DNA of 32,000 nucleotides from Xylella taiwanensis (lineage in GTDB: Bacteria > Pseudomonadota > Gammaproteobacteria > Xanthomonadales > Xanthomonadaceae): assembly GCF_013177435.1 (NCBI RefSeq), contig NZ_CP053627.1:2460001-2492000 (forward strand). Reading direction: 5' to 3'. The notes beneath the pieces were generated by a model. It made no database searches. It saw only the letters and a program-made list of their open reading frames with translations, and was not told the DNA's origin. This document shows positions 23,832 through 32,000 of the stretch, one piece after another. Made by a program: the position numbers and the translations under genes. Within the stretch, counting starts at the first letter, position 1. Every line of letters begins with the position of its first letter.

Positions 23832-24224
23832 CGTTCCTCCACCACATCGGCAACATATATCACACCACCTCAAACACACACAGGCTATCGAGACCAAACA
23901 CCTTGTGTACCGATCGAACCAAGCGATCTCCACCACACGTCAGCCCGCATCGCGGGGACACCCTCTTCGCGTTCACCGATGTATCGATCATCACCTTAAC
24001 CATCACTCATTTCATGTTGAGTGTGTCATCCAAAGCACTCAGCACAATCACCAGACAAGCGACAGTGACCATACTCTGAGCCACGACGCCGACCACATCG
24101 CACCTCGATCGGTCACACCCCAGATACAACCACTGTCTCTCCACACGATTCATAGGGGTCAGCACCAAACACGCACGACACACTGTGGAGAGGCGATACA
24201 TCTCCCGGATGGTAGCATCCGCCA

Positions 24225-24794
24225 ATGTCTGCAGCCGCCCCACCGATTCAGCCGCATCCTCTGCCCTATGTCACCGCGCTGCAAATACGCCCTCTGGAGA
24301 CGATCACCATGACAGTAATCCATTGCACCGAACTACCTGACTTGGCAACCGCCCGCGCCTATGGCGAGCGCGTGCTGTATCCGAGCGGCACCGGTGACAG
24401 CGGCCACTATTATGTCGATCGCAACGGACACATCGAGCAGTACGTGCCACTAGAACGGATCGCACATCATGTCTGCAGCCAGAATGCACACACCCTAGGG
24501 ATCGAATTGGTCAACCGCGGCCGCTACCCACACTGGCTGGACACACACCATCAAACCATGGACGAACCCTATCCATCAGCCCAGATCCAGGCCCTGATCG
24601 CACTCCTCACGTGGCTGACACATACATTACCGGCACTCAGGACAATCGCCGGCCACGAAACACTAGACACCGAGCACGTCCCGGCCAGCGACGACCCCAC
24701 GCGACTGGTTGCACGCAAGCGTGACCCTGGGCCGCTTTTCCCGTGGCCGCAAGTCAAAGCGGCACTGCCACAACTGCGGCACCTGACACGGTGA
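24225..24794 (+). CDS. N-acetylmuramoyl-L-alanine amidase, AmpD/Amidase_2-like
   Basis: 189 aa. It contains ..VIHCTELPDLATARAYGE..GDSGHYYVDRNGHIEQYVP..LGIELVNRGRYP..AQIQALIALLTWL..IAGHETLD..KRDPGPLFPW.., the typical amidase_2 zinc and substrate motifs. Confidence 0.85.
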   Translation: MSAAAPPIQPHPLPYVTALQIRPLETITMTVIHCTELPDLATARAYGERVLYPSGTGDSGHYYVDRNGHIEQYVPLERIAHHVCSQNAHTLGIELVNRGRYPHWLDTHHQTMDEPYPSAQIQALIALLTWLTHTLPALRTIAGHETLDTEHVPASDDPTRLVARKRDPGPLFPWPQVKAALPQLRHLTR

Positions 24795-25205
24795 ACACAC
24801 GACCGCATACCTAACCGCAGCACCCCCAACGGTCACATCGGATACCCATTCAGCACCGCAACTCCACACCCACTCGCCAGGGTGCGCCCCCACCTGAAAC
24901 CCGCACCCATGAATCAGCGATCCGCAGCAGGCAACCCAGCTGGATGTTTGTTATGCCGCCACTCGACCTCAGCAAAGACACTGACACTACCGATTGTCAC
25001 CAGTGCCACAACAACAATAAACCGCCCATCCTCGACCAGGATCGGATGTCCAGACAGCGCATTTCCCATCATTCACGGCTCAGCAGACAAGACCACATCG
25101 CCATCCCGTTGCGGAACCCACGATCCGCTTCCCCATCGTCTGCAACACGACCTCGAACACCTGCAATCCCAGACCTACGTCCCAGCGACAAAAACCTGAA
25201 GCTGA

Positions 25206-25484
25206 CGAAATGCTGGTGCAGGCGCGCTTGCCACCAAGATCGGCGAGATCATCAAGGGGCGCCGCTGGACTCAGCAAGAAGCAGCCGACGTGCTTGGCAT
25301 GACACAACCAAAGTTGTCGAACATGCGGCGCGGACAGTTCCGAGATATCAGTGAGGCAAAGATGCTGCAATGTCTCGCACGGCTCGGTCGTCAGGTTCAG
25401 ATGGTCGCTAGCCCCGTACACCGTACAAACAACGCGAGGTACGCCGAGGTCGTATTCGTGGCCTCACCTGTGTTGACTTCGTAG
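25206..25484 (+). pseudogene. XRE-family HTH (HigA-type antitoxin-like), N-terminally frameshifted
   Basis: The frame from 25206 reads ..LATKIGEIIKGRRWTQQEAADVLGMTQPKLSNMRRGQFRDISEAKMLQCLARLGRQVQMV, the Xre/HigA pattern. The expected preceding helix (PEADEMLVQARL) lies in a different frame at about 25193-25228. This implies a 1-nt deletion and no intact start. Confidence 0.6.
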
Positions 25485-25626
25485 ACGTTGCCACACTCAC
25501 CTCAAACCAGCTTGAATCCTGGTTTGCCCCACCCATGCGTTGCGTAGTTCAAGCAGGTGTCATTTCAGCTCGGTCGGCCATGCGTCGGGCGTCTTCAGGA
25601 TTGAACATTCCTTACTCGTCTTCAAC

Positions 25627-26150
25627 ATGGAGAGATTCATTAGCATAGGTGAAGCACCCCATGCCTTAGGTAGTGTCGACCACGGCACTGCGGCGCTGCC
25701 CATTGTCGGGAAAACGTGCTGCCGCTTACACGGCAGGCCACGATCGACACTACGACCTTGCAACACTCAAGCCTGAGGCATTTCGTCACGCCGCTAACAG
25801 CCATCGGCACACGGTCGCCTAGGCGTGCGTGTCCAGCCACGACCAGCAAGACAATTTGGAACGGCAAAAGCAAGTGCTGGATGTGTATTGCTCATAGCGC
25901 ACCGGCCATCGCAATCGTCGGCAAACCCAATGTTGAAAATATCGAGACTGGCAAAGGCGAAGGATGCCGCGCCCGATATGGTCAAGGTCAAGTTGCAAGC
26001 CAAGCACTTGGCGTTCAAAAAATCCTATACACCCGATAAGAAACACATCAACCAAATCGAAGTCAGCATTGCGCGTGATACATCGATTGATAAAGACGTG
26101 CTCGCGTTCCTCGCCAAGCGTCGTGAAGAAACGACCCGTTCGCGATAACA
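25627..26150 (+). pseudogene. MerR-HTH serine recombinase (IS607 TnpA-type), multiple stops and frameshifts
   Basis: MERFISIGEAPHALG is followed, after a frameshift, by VSTTALRRCPLSGKRAAAYTAGHDRHYDLATLKPE. This matches the HTH pattern LGVS..TLRRW...GKL...RT.GGHRRYDL. Next comes HTVA*ACVSSHDQQDNLERQKQVLDVYCS* (canonical AYARVSSHDQKDDLERQKQVLE.YC). In-frame TAG codons lie at 25820 and 25895. Confidence 0.7.
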
Positions 26151-26210
26151 GCGCTTGCAAAACACATCATTTCCACCGAAGCGCGTGGCGATCCAGGTGC
26201 CAGAACGCAA

Positions 26211-27255
26211 ATGACTGACAGCAAGAAATTGAAAACCGCTATCAGTTCATCAGGTAAAAACAATACGAAGGCGATCCCGGATGCAGTGAAGCAACGTTTC
26301 ATTCAGATCGACAACACATTTCACTTCCCTGACAAGACGCGCGCATTCGAGGATTGCGGACGCCAGCCGACCACGCACAGCGAGAACCAGGAAGCCGTAC
26401 GAGCATGAGTTGCGATTGCGCATCCGCGCGCATGGAACAGAATTAAGGTGCGCGGCAGCGAAGAATTCCTGCGTAAGGCACATGTGGCAATCCTGCTGGA
26501 ACGTTAGGGTGGTACCCGCGAGAATTCCATCGAGAAGCGTGACCCAGGCGAGCATGAAACCGACAACACACACCCGGAGCAGCGACAAGGGGGCGCTACA
26601 ACCTCGGTCAGCTCGAAGCGTACCTTGACGGCGCCCGACACGGACCAAGAAGCAGGTCTAACGGCCATCGTTCTGGTGGCGGCGTGACAGCGTTCTGGCC
26701 GGCAAGCTGCTCGAACACGGCAAAACCAACGATCAGCACGATCCGAAAAAAGGAGAACATCTAGTCTTGAAGGTCGAGACGCAGCACGGCGAACGCATCG
26801 TGTGGGGTATCGATCTCGGCCGCGCAGTCGCCGCAAGCGGTATCGCCATCGGTAAACGGGCTGCCGTTGAGAAAGTCGGCAACACACCTGTTACCACCAA
26901 TGAACGGGGGTGCGACAACAATGGCAAATAAGTCAACGAATGCCGTGTCGATACGTACCGCAACCACTCGCAAGTCGGCTCACTGGAAAAGGCTGCAGCA
27001 TTCGCGCATGAAGAGCGTGCCGAAGCACTCAAGAAATACCATGACTTGGCGTCAGCTTATGGCGTAGTGGCCGCTGCGCAGCAGTTCGCAGAGCAACAAC
27101 TCCAAAACAAGGAAGCTCAAGCACGGTGCGTCGCCAGCACGCGTCGGGGGGTCTCCGAAAAGATCACTCACGGCGAGTCAGTGCCGGCACCAAAGGTGCG
27201 TGAGGTCAAGGTTCAAGCACACTCCAAAGATTCAGGGCAAGGATCAGGAACGTAG
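26211..27255 (+). pseudogene. conjugative-element LPD7/KfrB-like protein gene, fragmented
   Basis: Fragments lie in shifting frames. They include IPDAVKQRFIQIDNTFHFPDKTRAFEDCGRQPTTHSENQEAVRA, then AIAHPRAWNRIKVRGSEEFLRKAHVAILLE. Further fragments are VLKVETQHGERIVWGIDLGRAVAASGIAIGKRAAVEKVGNTPV and AAAFAHEERAEALKKYHDLASAYGVVAAAQQFAEQQL. This resembles, from memory, the ..V..RF......Y.FPD.T.AF.D.G..L.T.SEN..V...LV.IA.ARGW..I.V.GSE.FRR pattern of ICE/plasmid proteins. Confidence 0.5.
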
Positions 27256-27318
27256 CAAACCGCCGAAGCCGCGCGAAGCAAATCCAGAAGTAGCACGCTG
27301 ACTCACCGCACACTCACC

Positions 27319-27925
27319 GTGCTGTTGGTCGGCGTGGTTATCACCCTACCCTACCGCCAGGCACTGGCTGGCACCCAAGTCAAGCAACAACTTTCGACCA
27401 GCATCCAAGCAGGGCCGTCAGCTTCCTTGAGCGACAACGCCACACCCAAAGCGATCTTTCCTTGCGTAGCAGGGAAAATAGCTTGGCTGACCGACAAGGC
27501 AGCACTGCTCCACAAGCGCCTGGCTGATGTGCAGGACCATATCGCGTTCCGCAACACCGTGTACTACGAAGCCACACGCACGGGCTTCGATTCCGAGCTT
27601 GTGTTTAGTGTCATCTAAACCGAAAGCGCGTTCCGCAAGTACGCCGTTTCGATGGCCCGTGCAAGTGGGCACATGCAAGTCATCTCGTTTGGGATAAAGG
27701 ACATTTGGGTGAAGGACATAGGTCGGCCAACTGACAATCTGTTCCATGTGCGGACACATCTGCGGTACGGCTGCATGGATCCTCCGCTACTCCCTGGGCA
27801 TGGAACGCGAGAACCTGTTTCTCGAGCTGGGCCGCTACAACGGCAGTCGTGGCCAAGCCAACTGTCCGAATCTGGTGCTCGCCTCCTGGGGACATCTCAG
27901 AACAGCGCGATCTACGGATGGATAG
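27319..27925 (+). pseudogene. SLT-domain lytic transglycosylase, nonsense codon plus frameshift
   Basis: It reads ..VYYEATRTGFDSELVFSVI*TESAFRKYAVSMARASGHMQV...NLFHVRTHLRYGC. After a frameshift near 27775 it continues ..LRYSLGMERENLFLELGRYNGSRGQANCPNLVLASW. A TAA at 27616-27618 sits two codons before the catalytic ES motif. Confidence 0.75.
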
Positions 27926-28218
27926 AGTTCTTCATTATTTATGGGGTCAACTCAGAAAACGGAAAAAATCGTACACTGATCCAGTTGGATCTTGCTCACC
28001 CCACTTGCGTGGATATATCGCGGGACACTCCCGTGTTTGGTCAACACGATGTTGGAAGGTGGTCGGTCGCGCCTGTTGATGCCTGTGGTGTCACAGACCT
28101 TGAGAGCCTGCTTGAAGCACACGTTCGGTGCAGCACTGCTCCGATTTTGCATGCGCAACATGCACATCAAACGCACCGATAACTAACCCTATTCAAACCA
28201 ATCATCAAGAAGGATCTC

Positions 28219-30069
28219 ATGAAACTTTCAGCCGTGATTCTCGAAAACTTTCGAGGGTACTCCCAAAGCACCCGAATCGAAATTGATGATCTAACCGCGT
28301 TTATCGGCAAGAACGATGCGGGTAAGTCAACGATCCTCGAAGCGCTTGACATCTTCTTCAACGACGGAAAACCGGAACGCAGCGATGCATGTGTGCACGG
28401 CACAGGGACAACGATCCGCATTAGCTGCGCGTTTGACAGCCTGCCTAGCGAAATAGTCCTTGACACAGCCGCTCGGACTTCCTTCGCCGCCGAGCATCTG
28501 TTAAACGAAAAAGGCGAGTTAGAAATCGTCAAGGAATGGGACGCTTCGGCCAAAGTACCAAAGGAGTCGGTTTTTGCGGCGGCACAACACCCTAGCAACG
28601 CCAACGCGGCCGATCTGCTCATATTGAAAAACAGCGAACTCAAGGCTCGCGTAAAAAAACTGGGTATTGACGAATCCACCGTCACCCTGGCTATCAATGG
28701 GAGCATGCGGCAAGCGATTCGTGACGCATGCCAGCCCCTCACGCTTGAGCGGAAGCTAGTACCACTCGACAAGGAAGACGCCAAAAAAGTGTGGGACCAA
28801 CTCAAACTCCAGCTTCCAATGTACGCGCTCTTCCGGTCGGATCGGCCAAGCCAGGACGGAGACGAAGAGGTTCAGAGCCCGCTCAAATGTGCGATCACTC
28901 AGGCGCTGAAGGAAATGGCGGACGACCTGAGAAAGATCGAAGATTCGGTACGGTCACGGGCTGAGGACGTGGCAAAACGAACGTTGGAAAAGCTAAATGA
29001 GATGGACAGCCGCTTGGCAAGCGAGCTGAAGCCATTTTTTAAGACTGACCCCAAATGGGACGTTTTCAAATTCGGCTTGGTGGGTGACAACAACATCCCC
29101 ATCAACAAACGAGGAAGTGGCGTCCGCCGTCTTATCCTGTTGAACTTCTTCCGGGCTGAAGCAGAACGGCGTCGCACCGAGAAGGGAGCATTGAGCGTCA
29201 TCTATGCCATTGAGGAACCGGAAACCTCGCAACACCCTGACAATCAGCGCCTCTTGGTCCAGGCGCTCAAGGAACTTGCGGCTGATGAGAATACGCAAGT
29301 GTTAGTCACATCACACACTCCAGGCTTGGCCGGCCTGCTGTCAATCGACAGTCTGCGGTATGTCCGCAAGCAAGCCGATGGCACAGCAAACGTTTCTCGT
29401 TGTAGCGATACCGACTTGGCCGTAATAGCAAATGAGCTTGGCGTTCTGCCAGACCGACGCGTTCAAGCCTTGGTTTGCGTAGAAGGGACCAATGACATCG
29501 AATTCCTGGAGCGCATCAGCTCCATGCTCAAACCTGATTTCGCTGATGTCGTTGATTTCACGAGCGACAGCCGCGTGGCACTGGTGCCGCTCGGCGGTGG
29601 GTCATTAAAGCAATGGGTTGCTCAACATTACCTGCGGAATCTGAACCTTCCTGAAGTTCACATCTATGACAGAGATGACCTCACCCCGCCGCAGTACCAA
29701 AAGGAATGCGAGGCTGTCAACGCTCGCGGTGATGGCTCATGGGCTGTCATGACGTCAAAGCGCGAACTTGAAAATTATCTGCATCCGGATGCGATTTCGG
29801 AGGGCATGGATGGCATTGTGGTTACGTTCACTGATACCTGTGATGTCCCCTTGATCGTCGCGCAGGCGGTGCATACCAGTTCCAGGTGTGGAAAACCTTG
29901 GGCAGAGATCATCAGTGATCCCAAGACACTTGCAACCAAGGTCAGACACGCTAAAAAACAGCTCAATAGCAATGCAGCCACGAAAATGACAGCGAACAGA
30001 CTCGCAGAGATTGATGTTTGCGGCGATGTTACGGGCTGGCTGAAGAAAATTCATGCCATGTTGCGGTAG
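28219..30069 (+). CDS. OLD-family nuclease: N-terminal ABC/SMC-like ATPase fused to C-terminal TOPRIM (stand-alone, candidate defence protein)
   Basis: The ORF is an intact 616 aa with RBS AAGGA 5 nt upstream. ATPase motifs are:
- N-terminus MKLSAVILENFRGY;
- Walker A GKNDAGKST (aa 30-38, nt 28306-28332);
- ABC-signature-like KRGSGVRRLILL (aa 297-308);
- Walker B/D-loop VIYAIEEPETSQHP (aa 327-340);
- H-loop VTSHT (aa 363-367).
TOPRIM motifs are VCVEGTNDIEFL (E422) and VHIYDRDD (D484/D486/D487), then KRELENYLHPDAI. There is no UvrD-like helicase or reverse transcriptase next to it. Confidence 0.85.
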   Translation: MKLSAVILENFRGYSQSTRIEIDDLTAFIGKNDAGKSTILEALDIFFNDGKPERSDACVHGTGTTIRISCAFDSLPSEIVLDTAARTSFAAEHLLNEKGELEIVKEWDASAKVPKESVFAAAQHPSNANAADLLILKNSELKARVKKLGIDESTVTLAINGSMRQAIRDACQPLTLERKLVPLDKEDAKKVWDQLKLQLPMYALFRSDRPSQDGDEEVQSPLKCAITQALKEMADDLRKIEDSVRSRAEDVAKRTLEKLNEMDSRLASELKPFFKTDPKWDVFKFGLVGDNNIPINKRGSGVRRLILLNFFRAEAERRRTEKGALSVIYAIEEPETSQHPDNQRLLVQALKELAADENTQVLVTSHTPGLAGLLSIDSLRYVRKQADGTANVSRCSDTDLAVIANELGVLPDRRVQALVCVEGTNDIEFLERISSMLKPDFADVVDFTSDSRVALVPLGGGSLKQWVAQHYLRNLNLPEVHIYDRDDLTPPQYQKECEAVNARGDGSWAVMTSKRELENYLHPDAISEGMDGIVVTFTDTCDVPLIVAQAVHTSSRCGKPWAEIISDPKTLATKVRHAKKQLNSNAATKMTANRLAEIDVCGDVTGWLKKIHAMLR

Positions 30070-30227
30070 TGACCACATAGAAGAAAAAAGTGCCATCTAT
30101 ACGATCAAAATGCAGGATGGCTTCATGAGATAGGTTTTGCTTTTGCTGCTCTTTGCCTCTGTCAGAAGCCGATAGACACTGACCACGCCAAGATAGGGTT
30201 CCGGCTTACAACCCCCTATGGGATGTA

Positions 30228-30452
30228 ATGATGACTGACGACAACCAGCCGCCGATGTTCGGCCCCTCTTTCGTGATCGACACGGCCAGCCATGAGCCAC
30301 ATTCCGGCAAGTGTGTACTGATGCACCAGATGATGGCCGCAATGATCATCGGCAACTGCACCGCGACCATTCCGCTGAAATTCGATTTCGGTGGCACTCA
30401 CCCAAGGCATAGCGTGCTTATCGGGCCGACAGGCAATGCAGAAACGCATTGA
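30228..30452 (+). CDS. hypothetical 74-aa ORF, possibly a truncated P-loop NTPase N-terminus
   Basis: It ends ..FGGTHPRHSVLIGPTGNAETH*. This looks like a Walker A (h-h-G-x-T-G-x-G-K-T) that has lost the GK[ST]. The RBS is weak. It lies 158 nt downstream of the OLD gene on the same strand. It could be non-functional. Confidence 0.25.
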   Translation: MMTDDNQPPMFGPSFVIDTASHEPHSGKCVLMHQMMAAMIIGNCTATIPLKFDFGGTHPRHSVLIGPTGNAETH

Positions 30453-30470
30453 CCTAGCGTGAGATAAACC

Positions 30471-31010
30471 TTGTTGATTGGCTATACACTGGTCTCAACA
30501 CAGGATCAGAACCTTGAACTGCAATGCACAGCATTGGCCAAAGCCAGATCCCAAAATGTCTTTGAAGACAAAATGAGCGGCACACGGGCAGACCGCCCAT
30601 GCTTGGCCCAGACGCTTGAAATGCTAGGCGAGGGCGACACACTGGCTGTCTGGAATCTCGACTGGCTGGGCCAGTCGGTCAAGCAACTTCAATATAGTCA
30701 GCAAATTGCACCCGCAGGGCATCCAGTTCAGAAGCCTCACCGACTCCATTGACACCGGTACGCCATCCGGACGGTTTCCAGATCATGGCTAACCTGGCCG
30801 AGATGGAGCGCGAGCTAATCATCGAACACACCCATGCTAGGTTGTAAGTTGCCAAGCAGCTTGGCCGCAAGCCGAACAGGTCGCCGCCATGAGCGCGAAC
30901 GTAGGCGAGGGTGAGAAAAGTACAGCGGTTCAATACTGTGGTTCCAGCTTACTGGCCCAACCAGCTTGTTGAATTCTCTGATGAACACCTTATTCCCTGA
31001 CCAGAAAAGC
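30471..31010 (+). pseudogene. Hin/Pin/Gin-type serine recombinase (DNA invertase/resolvase), frameshifted
   Basis: It has a TTG start. It reads LIGYTLVSTQDQNLELQCTALAKA..VFEDKMSGTRADRPCLAQTLEMLGEGDTLAVWNLDWLGQSVKQL. Continuation in other frames gives GIQFRSLTDSIDTGTPSGRF, then QIMANLAEMERELIIEHTHARL*. The canonical YARVS is altered to YTLVS. There are at least 2 frameshifts and several stops. Confidence 0.8.
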
Positions 31011-31249
31011 AGCATTGCCGAGCAATGCATGCGTTGCCTGCTGACTGCGCTCGATCTTAGTCAACCGCCCTTGTCGGACGGTCGAGTGACTTGTTGCGGA
31101 TGTGTTTCGATAGGTAATAGGTACTTGTAGCTAGCCAGCGCGGCCGCCTCGTCCTTCGTATATCAAACAGAGATGGATTTTGTAGTATTCGTTGGCGTTT
31201 TTTGTCCATATTGATATTTCAATAATGAATCTATATCGTCTTCTGCTAG

Positions 31250-32000
<751 letters not shown>

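Larger units (their letters stand above)
25200..31100. mobile_element. decayed integrated mobile element / genomic-island remnant (boundaries approximate)
   Basis: It contains pseudogenes of two serine recombinases, a conjugative-element LPD7-like gene, an SLT transglycosylase and an XRE/HigA-like gene. One intact OLD-family gene is also present. Base composition is much less skewed than in the flanking C+A-rich DNA. I identified no terminal repeats. Confidence 0.6.

Noticed and set aside
23408-24312. Plus-strand ORFs of 120-181 aa opposite and next to the hydrolase gene
   Set aside because: They are antisense or compositional artefacts, with P/R/H/T/Q-rich low-complexity products. The hydrolase frame on the minus strand has clear GxSxG and His motifs.
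27926-28218. Small ORFs (64-76 aa, both strands) between the SLT pseudogene and the OLD gene as possible partner genes
   Set aside because: They overlap one another, partly continue the dead SLT frame and have no RBS or recognisable motif. I cannot support them as genes, though expression data could change this.
28167-28805. 212-aa minus-strand ORF overlapping the 5' third of the OLD-family gene
   Set aside because: It lies entirely antisense to a well-supported CDS. It is S/A/R/L-rich and low in complexity, with no recognisable motif. This is a typical shadow ORF.

Overview
All family assignments come from reading motifs by eye. No database search or computation was possible.

The window has three parts.

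(1) 1-17.6 kb is a conserved housekeeping block.
- Minus strand, in order: rpoB (5' part, runs off the left edge), rplL, rplJ, rplA, rplK, nusG, secE, tRNA-Trp, tuf, tRNA-Thr/Gly/Tyr, ychF, pth, rplY(ctc), prs, tRNA-Gln, ispE, lolB and a TPR protein.
- Plus strand, divergent: hemA-prfA.
- Gene order and protein sequences look Xanthomonadales (Xylella-like). This is inference only.

(2) 17.6-25.2 kb is unusually gene-poor.
- A 2.7 kb ORF-free stretch has an extreme C+A excess on the plus strand.
- It is followed by rlmL (minus) and smaller stretches of the same texture.
- An alpha/beta hydrolase (minus) and an AmpD-like amidase (plus) complete this part.

(3) 25.2-31.1 kb looks like a decayed mobile element.
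- Dead genes: a frameshifted XRE/HigA-like gene, a MerR-HTH serine recombinase (IS607-type), a conjugative-element LPD7/KfrB-like gene, an SLT lytic transglycosylase and a Hin/Pin-type invertase.
- The only long intact ORF there is a 616-aa protein (28219-30069, plus) with an N-terminal ABC/SMC-like ATPase and a C-terminal TOPRIM. This is an OLD-family nuclease with no helicase or reverse-transcriptase partner.
- It is my best candidate for the interesting (defence-type) system.

From about 31.1 kb the DNA turns AT-rich and encodes a periplasmic amino-acid-binding protein that runs off the right edge. I saw no rRNA genes and no CRISPR array.
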